The translations under genes and the position numbers were made by a program. From Lentisphaeria bacterium (GTDB taxonomy: Bacteria; Verrucomicrobiota; Lentisphaeria; JABSQK01; JAWLHB01): 47,480 bases of DNA. The stretch lies in assembly GCA_041690595.1 (NCBI GenBank), contig JAWLHB010000055.1, forward strand, positions 1 through 47,480, written 5' to 3'. The notes beneath the pieces are model-generated. The model had not been told where the DNA came from. It was given only the letters and a program-made list of their open reading frames with translations, and ran no database searches. Shown in pieces: positions 1 to 8,645 of this stretch. The stretch's first letter is position 1. Each line of letters opens with the position of its first letter.

Positions 1-100
1 TGTACCTGTCCCCGGGCTGAGGGAATGTACCTGTCCCCGGGCTGAGGGAATGTACCTGTCCCCGGGCTGAGGGAATGTACCTGTCCCCGGGCTGAGGGAT
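1..100. repeat. Tandem array of a 25-bp unit (TGTACCTGTCCCCGGGCTGAGGGAA) x4, probably continuing beyond the window edge
   Basis: Units at 1-25, 26-50 and 51-75 are identical; 76-100 differs only at the last base. There are no spacers. A degenerate inverted copy (CGGGGACAACACATT) lies at 105-119. Confidence 0.95.
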
Positions 101-163
101 CATGCGGGGACAACACATTGGCGCAGAACTGCCGTAGGCGGAAAAAGCTTCCGCTGGGGAGGG

Positions 164-907
164 CTAGATCTGGTCGTGCTCGCGAAAGCTGTAATAGTCG
201 TGGTCCTGATTATCCATCTTCGCGCCGATGATCAGGTGGTCGATGACTTCGATGCCGATCAATTTACCGGCTTCCACGAGGGACTTCGTGCACATGGTAT
301 CGGCGGCTGAGGGGGTGGGATCGCCGCTGGGATGGTTGTGGGCCAGCAGCATCTTGGCGGCATTGTACTGGATGGCGGCGCGAAAGACCTCGCGCGCGTG
401 TGAATGGCTACGGTCAACCAGACCCTTGGTGATCAGTTCATCGCGAATGAAGCGGTTCTTGGTGTCGAGGAGGATGGCGTGCAGCTCCTCCTGGTTCTTG
501 TCGCGCATGATTTCGCGGAGGTAGGCGGCCGCGCGCTGAGGATTCTCCAGGCGGGCGCGTTCCGGCAGGCTGCTCTCGGCCAGGCGCGTGGCCAGAGCGA
601 AGGTCGCTTTGAGTTCCGCCGCCTTGGCCTTGCCGATGCCCTTGATCTTTGCCAAGTCCGCCGGCGATGCGGCCGCCAACATCCCCAGATTGTTCTGATA
701 CCGATGCAGCAGCCGCTGCGCAAGCTCCAGGACGGAGGTGCCGCCATGTCCGACCCGCATGATGATCGCCAACAACTCCTCGTCCTTCAAGGATTCGGCG
801 CCGAGACGCCACAGGCGCTCGCGAGGGCGGTCCTGCTCGGCCATCTCGCCAATCATGATGCCACGTGACGCGCTACCAGGGTACTCGGTACTGACTGTGC
901 TCTTCAT
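164..907 (-). CDS. radC: RadC / UPF0758 family JAB (MPN) domain protein, full-length type
   Basis: N-terminal RPRERL...GAESL..EELLAI, HhH motif IKGIGKAKA, JAB motif HNHPSGDPTPSAAD and DHLII. The true start may be a slightly downstream Met. Confidence 0.93.
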   Translation of the reverse strand: MKSTVSTEYPGSASRGIMIGEMAEQDRPRERLWRLGAESLKDEELLAIIMRVGHGGTSVLELAQRLLHRYQNNLGMLAAASPADLAKIKGIGKAKAAELKATFALATRLAESSLPERARLENPQRAAAYLREIMRDKNQEELHAILLDTKNRFIRDELITKGLVDRSHSHAREVFRAAIQYNAAKMLLAHNHPSGDPTPSAADTMCTKSLVEAGKLIGIEVIDHLIIGAKMDNQDHDYYSFREHDQI

Positions 908-1258
908 ACGCGGGTGCTTATCCTTGAAAGATGGAGAAATGGCGCTAAAGCTGCGCAGTTCTGGTCAAACTGGCAGGCTGAGATAATTAACTGCCGCACA
1001 TATCGCCGGTCAAGCGCCCAATTCGCCTTTCTCCAGGATGGGAAAATGCAGGCTTTTCCCGTGATTGTCGATCAGGGAGGTTTTGGTGCCATCGCCAGAT
1101 GTTGGGAATTCAGGTGAAGGTGCGTCTATCGAGATATGGAATTCGTTTTGCTGTCAACTTTGACTGATGGATCCTATGTTGATGGCTGGGGATTGGCCTT
1201 AAAAAGTCTATTTGTTTGTCTGGTATCGATTTGAACAAGAAATAGTTTTTGTCGCGTC

Positions 1259-1286
1259 TTGCATTATGAAGGAAAAGTCGTATTAT
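1259..1286 (+). promoter_or_regulatory. Possible sigma70 promoter for ilvBN
   Basis: TTGCAT (1259-1264) - 16 bp - TATTAT (1281-1286) in an AT-rich intergenic stretch about 100 bp upstream of ilvB. Confidence 0.4.
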
Positions 1287-1382
1287 GTAGCTCTTATTGA
1301 CTCTGAGAGGGGATTTCTGGGTTCTGCAATCGGGATCGCTTCTCACAACCTTCGATTCATCGCTTCCTAACAGGGTGACAAC

Positions 1383-3098
1383 ATGGCTGCTTTACGCAGA
1401 ACTGGAGCCCAGGCCGTCATAGATGGTCTCCAGAAACACGGCGTGGAATATATATTCGGTTATCCTGGCGGTGCCAATATACCGATTTTCGACGCCCTCC
1501 TGGATTCGCCGATCAAGCTCATACTGGTACGTCACGAACAGGGCGCAACGCACATGGCCGATGGCTATGCGCGTGCCACCGGCAAAGCCGGCGTCGTCCT
1601 TGTGACCTCCGGTCCCGGCGCTACCAACGCGATCACCGGCATCATGACTGCCCACATGGATTCCGTACCGATGGTCATCCTGTGCGGTCAGACCATCAGC
1701 CCGAACCTGGGCCTCGACGCTTTCCAGGAAGCGGATGTCTCCGGCATCTCGTTCCCGGTGGTCAAGCATTCTTATCTGGTGAAGAATCCGAACGACCTGC
1801 CTCGCATGGTCAATGAGGCCTTCCACCTGGCGGAGACAGGTCGTCCCGGGCCGGTGCTGCTGGATATTCCCAAGGATGTCTCCAGCGCCATCCTCTCGGC
1901 CGATGTCAAGGACGAGATGGACCTGCCCGGTTACCGTATTCCGGCCAAAGGGGCCGGTGAACGGCTTGCCGAGGCGGCGGAGCTTCTGCATGAGGCGAAG
2001 AAGCCGATCCTCCTGGTGGGCCATGGCGTCCTGATCTCCGGCGCGGAGCGGGCGCTCAAGGTGTTTGTGGATAAGCTCAAGGTGCCGGTCACGACGACGC
2101 TGCTCGGCAAAGGGGCTTTTCCGGAGAACCATGAGCTCTCCCTCGGCATGCTCGGCATGCACGGCACGCCTTACGCCAACTATGCGATCGATGACTGCGA
2201 TCTGATCATGTCGATCGGGTCGCGGTGGGATGACCGGATCATCGGCGATCCGGCGCAGTTCTGTACCGGTGCCAAGAAGATCCATGTCGATATCGATTTG
2301 GCTGAACGCAACAAGATGATCAAGGTCGACTGCTTCATCCATGGCGATGCGAAGGCGGTTCTGGAGGAGCTGAATACGCTGGTGCGCCCGGGCAAGACGA
2401 AGGCGTGGCTGGAGCAGGTGGCGAAGTGGAAGAAGAAGACGCCGCTCAAGTACGCCAAGCGTGGGGGCCTCAAGGCGGAATACGTCATCGAGCGCGCCTA
2501 TGAGTTGTGCAAGGGCGATGCTATCGTGACGACCGATGTGGGACAGCACCAGATGTGGGCGGCGCAGTACTTCAAGACGCATGAGCCCAATACCTGGATC
2601 TCCTCGGGCGGTGCCGGTACCATGGGCTTCGGCTTGCCGTCGGCCATTGGCGCCCAGTTGGCGAAGCCGGACAAGCTGGTTATCACGATTGTCGGCGACG
2701 GCGGCTTCCAGATGACGTCGTGCGAAATGGCTACCGCCTTCATCAACAAGCTGCCGATCAAGGTGTTGATCATCAACAACGCCTACCTGGGCATGGTACG
2801 CCAGTGGCAGAATCTCTTCTTCGACAACCGCCTTTCGGGTGTCGATCTGGAAGGGAACCCGGACTTCGTCAAGCTGGCCGAAGCGTACGGTGGCAAAGGC
2901 TTCCGAGTCAGGCGCAAGGCGGATGTGGACAAGGTTCTCGCGAAGGCTTTTGCCTATAACGATGGCCCGTGCATCATTGATGCCGTAGTCGAGAAGGAAG
3001 ACAACGTCTTCCCGATGATTCCCAGCGGACAGCCGTACTCGCAGATGCTCCTGGAACGGCCGAAGCACAAACTTGAGAAACCCAAGGGAAGCACCTAG
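1383..3098 (+). CDS. ilvB: Acetolactate synthase large (catalytic) subunit, biosynthetic type
   Basis: FGYPGGA, VRHEQGA.HMADGYAR.TG, TSGPGATN, DVGQHQMWAAQ, GTMGFGLP, ThDP motif GDGGFQM...NN.YLGMVRQWQ. Confidence 0.97.
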   Translation: MAALRRTGAQAVIDGLQKHGVEYIFGYPGGANIPIFDALLDSPIKLILVRHEQGATHMADGYARATGKAGVVLVTSGPGATNAITGIMTAHMDSVPMVILCGQTISPNLGLDAFQEADVSGISFPVVKHSYLVKNPNDLPRMVNEAFHLAETGRPGPVLLDIPKDVSSAILSADVKDEMDLPGYRIPAKGAGERLAEAAELLHEAKKPILLVGHGVLISGAERALKVFVDKLKVPVTTTLLGKGAFPENHELSLGMLGMHGTPYANYAIDDCDLIMSIGSRWDDRIIGDPAQFCTGAKKIHVDIDLAERNKMIKVDCFIHGDAKAVLEELNTLVRPGKTKAWLEQVAKWKKKTPLKYAKRGGLKAEYVIERAYELCKGDAIVTTDVGQHQMWAAQYFKTHEPNTWISSGGAGTMGFGLPSAIGAQLAKPDKLVITIVGDGGFQMTSCEMATAFINKLPIKVLIINNAYLGMVRQWQNLFFDNRLSGVDLEGNPDFVKLAEAYGGKGFRVRRKADVDKVLAKAFAYNDGPCIIDAVVEKEDNVFPMIPSGQPYSQMLLERPKHKLEKPKGST

Positions 3099-3100
3099 TC

Positions 3101-3604
3101 ATGAAGGCGTTACCGACCCCTTCCCATACCATCAGTCTCCTGGTGAATAACAAGCCGGGTGTGCTGATCCGCATTGCTCTGGTCTTTGCCCGGCGCGGCT
3201 ACAACATCGACAGCCTCGTCGTCTCACCGGGAGCCGATACCCGATTCGCCAGAATGACGATTACGGCTTCCGGAGATCCGAAGACGCTCGAACAGATCAT
3301 GCACCAGCTCAACAAGCTGGTCGACGTGATTCATGCGACGGATCACACGGGTGATGTCGTTGTCGAGCGCGAGCTTGCTCTCATCAAGGTGAGCTGCACG
3401 GCCGAGGTGCGCACGGAAGTCCTGCAGGTTGCCGAACACTTCAAGTGTAAGAGCGTGGACATCTCGAATACGACGCTCATGCTGGAAGTGACCGGTACCT
3501 CGGAGAAGATCGAGGCGCTGCTCATCATGCTGGGCCAATACGGCATCGCCGAGCTGGTCCGGACGGGCAAGATCGTCATGTCCCGTGGCGCTGAAGAGAC
3601 CTGA
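3101..3604 (+). CDS. ilvN: Acetolactate synthase small (regulatory, ACT domain) subunit
   Basis: HTISLLVNNKPGVL.RI..VFARRGYNIDSL, QLNKLVDVI, RELALIKV, ELVRTG; starts 2 bp after ilvB. Confidence 0.96.
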   Translation: MKALPTPSHTISLLVNNKPGVLIRIALVFARRGYNIDSLVVSPGADTRFARMTITASGDPKTLEQIMHQLNKLVDVIHATDHTGDVVVERELALIKVSCTAEVRTEVLQVAEHFKCKSVDISNTTLMLEVTGTSEKIEALLIMLGQYGIAELVRTGKIVMSRGAEET

Positions 3605-3636
3605 TTCGGCCATTGCCGATCCATAGATCCCATAAT

Positions 3637-3685
3637 GGCCGGGTATCGCATCCCTCCACCTCCCGCGATACCCGGCCTCTTTTTT
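3637..3685 (+). terminator. Rho-independent terminator after ilvN
   Basis: Perfect 13-bp stem GGCCGGGTATCGC (3637-3649) / GCGATACCCGGCC (3665-3677) followed by a T-rich tail. Confidence 0.85.
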
Positions 3686-3877
3686 GCCCGCGAACGGCGG
3701 TGCCCGGAGAGCCGGATACGTTAGTGTATGGTGTGATAATTGGAGGTGCTATTGAGCCTGTGGGCACTCCTGCTCCACGTTATTGGCGCTATGCGAAGGG
3801 CATCCTGGCAAGCGGCGGTGTCAGCTGCATGCGGGCGGCCACTACAGGTATCTTACAATCACCCTCGGAGAACGTCT

Positions 3878-4894
3878 GTGAAAGCATTACATGTTACTGG
3901 TTTGATCATGGTGGCCGGCATTCTTTGTTCCTGTCAAGCCGTCCAGAAGAAGGAGGGTGGCACGGCGCCCGCGGTACAAACCGGTTTTCTGGGGAAGGAG
4001 AAACCGAAGGTCGACTATGTGACACCCGCCGCGTTTACCGGGACCAGCAAGGTGGCTATTGCGTCGTTCAAGATCGGCTTCATGGAGGAAGGGAAGGCCA
4101 TTGCCAAGGCGGGAACCGGCTTCGGCGGCAAGTCCACCGCTGGGCTGAAGCTGCTCGGTATCGATGATGCATTGCGGCAGCAGGTGACGGATGTGATGTA
4201 CGACGACTTCGTCCAGCAGCTGCGAAACGGCGGCTATGAGGTGGTGGATCGGCAGGAGCTGGTGGAGAGCGAGCCGTTCAGAAAGGTGAAGGATTACGAG
4301 GCGCCATACCGCAAGAAGAGTTCGATGTTTGGTTCGGGCAACGAGATGACCTACTTCACGCCGTCGTCCTTTGGCGGCAGGATGTACATCATGCCGAGCG
4401 ACAATCTGGGCATGGGCGGACTTGGCTTCAGCAACCCGCTGATGGCTTCGTGCGAGTTTGCCGAGAAGAACGGCGAGATTCGCGTCCTGTACGTGACGTA
4501 TGTGGTTGACTTTGCCAACGCGGAGATGCGCGGGGGGCGTTGGTCAACCTATTCCGGGGTGAAGATCGGTCAGGGTCTGTCGGTTCGCACGGGCAGCCAG
4601 TTGGGCATCGCCGGTGGCCATGGCGGAACCTTCAGCAAGAAGAACGGTTCTGCCGCGCTGGGGCAGCCATGCTTCACCACCGAAGAGTTCGGTGAAGTCG
4701 TGGACGTGACTTCCGGCGCCTACAAGACGGTGCAGGTGGCAACCAACCTTCTCTCCGCGGTGACGGGCGGGGGGACCAACCAGACGCGCGAGTTCGAGAT
4801 CAAGGCGGATCCGGAAAAGTACCGTAGACTCTGCCAGCAGGTGATCGCCGAGGCCAACCAGCAGCTGGTCGATGCCGCGGTAGCCAAGCGGTAA
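3878..4894 (+). CDS. Hypothetical lipoprotein
   Basis: GTG start at 3878 with GGAG at 3867-3870; short hydrophobic leader ending in a lipobox-like ILCS|C; long open frame. No family recognised. Confidence 0.75.
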   Translation: MKALHVTGLIMVAGILCSCQAVQKKEGGTAPAVQTGFLGKEKPKVDYVTPAAFTGTSKVAIASFKIGFMEEGKAIAKAGTGFGGKSTAGLKLLGIDDALRQQVTDVMYDDFVQQLRNGGYEVVDRQELVESEPFRKVKDYEAPYRKKSSMFGSGNEMTYFTPSSFGGRMYIMPSDNLGMGGLGFSNPLMASCEFAEKNGEIRVLYVTYVVDFANAEMRGGRWSTYSGVKIGQGLSVRTGSQLGIAGGHGGTFSKKNGSAALGQPCFTTEEFGEVVDVTSGAYKTVQVATNLLSAVTGGGTNQTREFEIKADPEKYRRLCQQVIAEANQQLVDAAVAKR

Positions 4895-4911
4895 GCAGTT
4901 GCGGTGTCATG

Positions 4912-4942
4912 GGGGCGATGCGCCGCAGACGGCGGTCGCCCC
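4912..4942. terminator. GC-rich hairpin between convergent genes (possible bidirectional terminator)
   Basis: Outer stem GGGGCGA/TCGCCCC plus inner stem CGCCG/CGGCG with a CAGA loop, between the lipoprotein stop (4894) and the oppB stop (4951). No clear U-tract. Confidence 0.45.
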
Positions 4943-4950
4943 TTGTCACG

Positions 4951-5877
4951 TCATCCGTAGGAGACGCGGGGGTCCAGCCAGCCGTAGAGGAGATCGGAGG
5001 CGAGATTGCAGAGTATGAGCAGGACACCATAGACGATGACGGTGCCGAGGACCAGGGTGTAGTCGCGATTGGTGGCGCTGGCAATGAACTCGCGGCCGAG
5101 GCCGGGAATCTGGAAGATCTGCTCGACGACCAGCGAGCCGGTCATGATGGTGGCGATCGCCGGCCCGAGGAAGCTCACCACGGGGAGGATGCCACCGCGT
5201 AAGGAGTGCCGGAAGATGACGGTGCTTTCCCGAAGCCCTTTGGCGCGAGCCGTGCGCACGAAATCCTGGTTGAGCACGTCGAGCATGCCGGCGCGCATCA
5301 GCCGGGCGACGCGGGCGGCGAAGGGCAGCGAGAGGGTCAGGGCGGGCAGCACCAGGTATTCGGGGCGGGCCAGCCCAGCGTAGCCGGCCACCGGCAGCCA
5401 TTGCCAGTACATGGCGAAGAGCAATTGCAGGATTGGGCCGATGACGAAGGTGGGCAGGCTGATGCCGATCACGGTGGCGGCCATGCCGCCGTAGTCGAGC
5501 ACTTCGTTATGATGCAGAGCGGAGACAATGCCGGCTCCCAGGCCGAGCGCCAAGGCGAAGAGGAGCGCCAGCGTCCCCAGGAAGAGACTGGTCGGCAAGG
5601 TGTGGCCGATGATCTCGTTGACGGTGTGGACCGGGTGCTTCATGGAGGGGCCCAGATCGCCCTTGGCCAGACCGCCGACATAGAGGGCGTACTGCTTCCA
5701 GAGCGGCTTGTCCAGACCATACTTCGCCTCCAGCGCCGCCTGCACCTGTGGATCCAGCCGCCCCTCGAAAGAGAAGGGGCCGCCGGGCGCGAAGCGGATG
5801 AGGAAGAATGAAATGGTGATGAGGACCAGCAGCACGATGGGGGTCTGCAGCAGCCGGCGCAGTAAATAATCCTTCAC
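4951..5877 (-). CDS. oppB: Oligopeptide ABC transporter permease
   Basis: YLLRRLL...APGGPF, YGLDKPL..QY..Y, GDLGPS, EAA-loop region DFVRTARAKGL, VVEQIF.IPGLGR, RDY, C-terminal DPRV. Confidence 0.93.
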   Translation of the reverse strand: MKDYLLRRLLQTPIVLLVLITISFFLIRFAPGGPFSFEGRLDPQVQAALEAKYGLDKPLWKQYALYVGGLAKGDLGPSMKHPVHTVNEIIGHTLPTSLFLGTLALLFALALGLGAGIVSALHHNEVLDYGGMAATVIGISLPTFVIGPILQLLFAMYWQWLPVAGYAGLARPEYLVLPALTLSLPFAARVARLMRAGMLDVLNQDFVRTARAKGLRESTVIFRHSLRGGILPVVSFLGPAIATIMTGSLVVEQIFQIPGLGREFIASATNRDYTLVLGTVIVYGVLLILCNLASDLLYGWLDPRVSYG

Positions 5878-5883
5878 CGGCGG

Positions 5884-7512
5884 TTACTCCTCCAGCCACA
5901 CGTAATGGAGCGGATGACGGTCGCGGATGTTCGGATACCAGCCACAGAGCCGCTCACTTACCATCGACTGACAGACGTACAGGTAGATCGGCATGATCGG
6001 GCACTCCTCCTCCACCAGCAGCGTCTCCATCTGGCGGAAAATCCGCATGCGGCTTTGGTGGTCGCTTTCGGTTTGGGTCGCCTGCAGCCAGGCATCATAC
6101 TGGGGGTTGGACCAGCCGGTACGATTGTTGCCGCTCTCCTTGGCGAAGAGATCGAAGAAGGTGTTGGGGTCGAGGTAGTCGCCAATCCATGAGGCGCGAC
6201 AGATCTGGTAATTGAGGCTTTCCTGGTCGGCGAGGTAGACCTTCCACTCGGAATTGCGCAGACTGACTTCGACATCGAGGTTGCGTTTCCACTGCTGGGC
6301 GATCGCTTCCGCGACCTTCTTATGGGCCTCGAGGGTGTTGTAGAGGATCTCGATGGTGGGGAAGGGCTTGCCGCCTTCGCCGTAGCCGGCCTCCCTGAGC
6401 AGGCGGCGGGCCTCGTCGCGATCGTACCGCAGACCATCCACCGGCTGATAACCGGCGACCGGTGGGCAGAGGTAGGCTGCCGGCTGCTGACCCGCCTTCA
6501 GCACCTGATCGGTGATGATGCCGCGGTCGAAGCCCATGCTCAGCGCCCGGCGCACCCGCGCATCGTCAAAGGGCGGCTTGGTTGTGTTGAAGCGGTAGAA
6601 GTAGATGCCGAGATAGGGAGAGACCACATAGTCGGGGTGGCGCCGCACTTCCTCGATCTTGCCGACCGGTACACCATCCATGTAGTGGATCTTACCTTGC
6701 AGGAAGAGGCGGTAAGCGGTGTCGAGATCATCGTACGGATAGGCGGTCACCATGTCAAGCTTGACGAAATCGCGATCCCAGTAGTGGGGATTCCGGCTCA
6801 TGGTCACCTGCTGGCGCGGATCCCAGCGGTCGAGCTTGAAGGGACCGTTGGAGACGATGTTCTCCGCCCGCACCCAGCGGTCACCATGCTCCTTCACTAT
6901 TGCCATCGGCACCGGAAAGAGGGTGTGAAAACCCACCAGATCCAGGAAGTAGGGGCACGGAGCTTCCAGAGTCACCTTCAGGGTTCGTGCATCCAGCACC
7001 TCGATGCCCACCTCGCTGAAGGTGGCGATCTTTCCCTCATTGAACGGCTGGGCATTGCGGATCGGGAACAACTGATACGAATAGGAGGAGGCGGTGGCGG
7101 GCGCCAGCGCCCGTTCCCAGGAGAGCAGGAAGTCCGTGGCGGTCAGCGGCTTGCCGTCGCTCCAGCGAGCCGTTTCCCGCAGGAAGAAGGTGTAGACCAG
7201 GCGGTCGTCACTGATCTCCCAGCGTTCGGCGACGGCGGGGCGTGGTTCGAGGGTCACCGGGTCCGGGCTCACCAGCCCTTCGAAGAGTGCCTCCACCAGG
7301 CGCGCCTCGGGGACCCCGGTGACGATCGCGGGATCCAGCGTCTCCGGCTCCGCGCCGTTGTTGAAGAAGAAATGTTGCCTGGTCTGCTTCCAGCCATCGT
7401 CCGGCGGGGACAACGCCTTTTTCCACTCGGGCATTTCCGCGGCAAAGGCGAGACCAACAGCGAAGAGAAAGAAGGAAAAGAGGAGGCGGTGGGGACGATG
7501 AAAGTGGCTCAC
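5884..7512 (-). CDS. oppA: Oligopeptide ABC transporter substrate-binding protein (family 5)
   Basis: Signal peptide; EPETLDP, LFEGLV, WSDGKPLTA.DF, SNGPFKL, PPFDD.RVRRALS, WIGDYLDP.TF. Confidence 0.92.
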   Translation of the reverse strand: MSHFHRPHRLLFSFFLFAVGLAFAAEMPEWKKALSPPDDGWKQTRQHFFFNNGAEPETLDPAIVTGVPEARLVEALFEGLVSPDPVTLEPRPAVAERWEISDDRLVYTFFLRETARWSDGKPLTATDFLLSWERALAPATASSYSYQLFPIRNAQPFNEGKIATFSEVGIEVLDARTLKVTLEAPCPYFLDLVGFHTLFPVPMAIVKEHGDRWVRAENIVSNGPFKLDRWDPRQQVTMSRNPHYWDRDFVKLDMVTAYPYDDLDTAYRLFLQGKIHYMDGVPVGKIEEVRRHPDYVVSPYLGIYFYRFNTTKPPFDDARVRRALSMGFDRGIITDQVLKAGQQPAAYLCPPVAGYQPVDGLRYDRDEARRLLREAGYGEGGKPFPTIEILYNTLEAHKKVAEAIAQQWKRNLDVEVSLRNSEWKVYLADQESLNYQICRASWIGDYLDPNTFFDLFAKESGNNRTGWSNPQYDAWLQATQTESDHQSRMRIFRQMETLLVEEECPIMPIYLYVCQSMVSERLCGWYPNIRDRHPLHYVWLEE

Positions 7513-7597
7513 GACGGATACCTCGGGGATGATAAAAGGGTTGCCCTGTCACAATACAAACCCCCTGCCCATCGCGCAACTCCCCGCCGTAATTTGG

Positions 7598-7633
7598 TCA
7601 GAGATACCAGACGGCAACCCCGTCGGGGGCCAG
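7598..7633 (-). repeat. Direct-repeat copy (33/36 nt) of the 3' end of the gene at 8646-10742
   Basis: 7598-7633 TCAGAGATACCAGACGGCAACCCCGTCGGGGGCCAG vs 8646-8681 TCATAGATACCAGACGGCAACCTCGTTGGGGGCCAG; the minus strand reads LAPDGVAVWYL* vs LAPNEVAVWYL*. Confidence 0.9.
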
Positions 7634-7848
7634 GCGGTGACAGTGACCCTGCCGGAACCCCGCCGGGGTGGCTTGCCCGCCGTGGGGTAATCGATGAGAC
7701 CAGCGTGCGTAAGTTTCGGCGTGACCGCCGCAGGATGTGGTGGAATCGGCCTGCGTATCTGTTACATTGGGATCGCTTTGGGATGCGTAACGATTAACCT
7801 CGATGTGGAACCCTTTCGGATGCCAGCGAAACTGAAGAATAGCCGAAG

Positions 7849-8607
7849 ATGATGGAGTTGTTGTTGTCGTTGGCGGCGTTGCTGCTGGCGGGCATTGTGC
7901 AGGCGAGCAGTGGCTTTGGCTTCAGCCTTGTGGCGGTGGGCCTGGTCGGCATTGCGCTGGCGGACGCGAAGGCGGGCGCGATTGTGCCGGTGTTTGCCAA
8001 CACCGTGCTGACTGGAGCCATTGTCTGGCGCTACTACCGCCATGTACAGGTGCGCTCGGTGCTCCCTTTTCTGACGGCGAGCCTGACGAGCGTGCCATTG
8101 GGGGTGCTGCTGCTGGCGAAGATGTCGCCTCTCTGGGTGAGCCTGGGAATCGGGATTATCCTGCTGGTCAGTGGGACTTACGCGTTGCTGCCGCGGGAGA
8201 ACCGGCGAGACTGGCATCCGTTCTGGCTTGGTGTTCCCTGCGGGCTGCTCTCCGGCAGTCTGGCCGGCGCCTTCAACACCGGCGGTCCACCAGCGGTTGC
8301 CTATATGAGCAACCGCTCCATGACCCGGTTCGAGTTTGTGGCGACGCTGCAGTTCGTCTTCTTGATGGCAGGCATCGTGCGCATCGGCTTTTTGGGGAGC
8401 TGGGGCATGTTCGACCGGCGCATCCTGCTGGTGGGCCTGCTGGGGATTGGTGCCGCGCTGATCGGAGGGGTCATCGGAACCCGTATCCTGAACCGGCTGT
8501 CCGATCGCCTGCTACGCGTGTACGTTTGCGTCTTTCAGCTCGTGCTTGGAGGGGTGTATGTCCTGCGGGCATGCTCGCTCCTCCTTCATCCGGAGGTTGT
8601 CTTTTGA
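7849..8607 (+). CDS. TauE/SafE (TSUP) family membrane protein
   Basis: About 250 aa with ~8 hydrophobic segments; AGIVQ..SGFGF and G.LSG.LAGAFNTGGPP motifs. Confidence 0.88.
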   Translation: MMELLLSLAALLLAGIVQASSGFGFSLVAVGLVGIALADAKAGAIVPVFANTVLTGAIVWRYYRHVQVRSVLPFLTASLTSVPLGVLLLAKMSPLWVSLGIGIILLVSGTYALLPRENRRDWHPFWLGVPCGLLSGSLAGAFNTGGPPAVAYMSNRSMTRFEFVATLQFVFLMAGIVRIGFLGSWGMFDRRILLVGLLGIGAALIGGVIGTRILNRLSDRLLRVYVCVFQLVLGGVYVLRACSLLLHPEVVF

Positions 8608-8645
8608 CCATGCTCCGCACTTCCGTCCCCGAGGTGAGCCGTAGC

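Noticed and set aside
1..100. CRISPR array
   Set aside because: The 25-bp units are directly adjacent with no unique spacers, and no cas genes are in the window.
164..907. radC as a marker of a mobile or anti-restriction element
   Set aside because: It has the full-length chromosomal architecture (N-terminal PRERL and HhH) next to ilvBN, and no mobility genes are visible.
1287..1382. ilv leader peptide/attenuator
   Set aside because: No short Ile/Leu/Val-rich ORF with a terminator hairpin could be identified.
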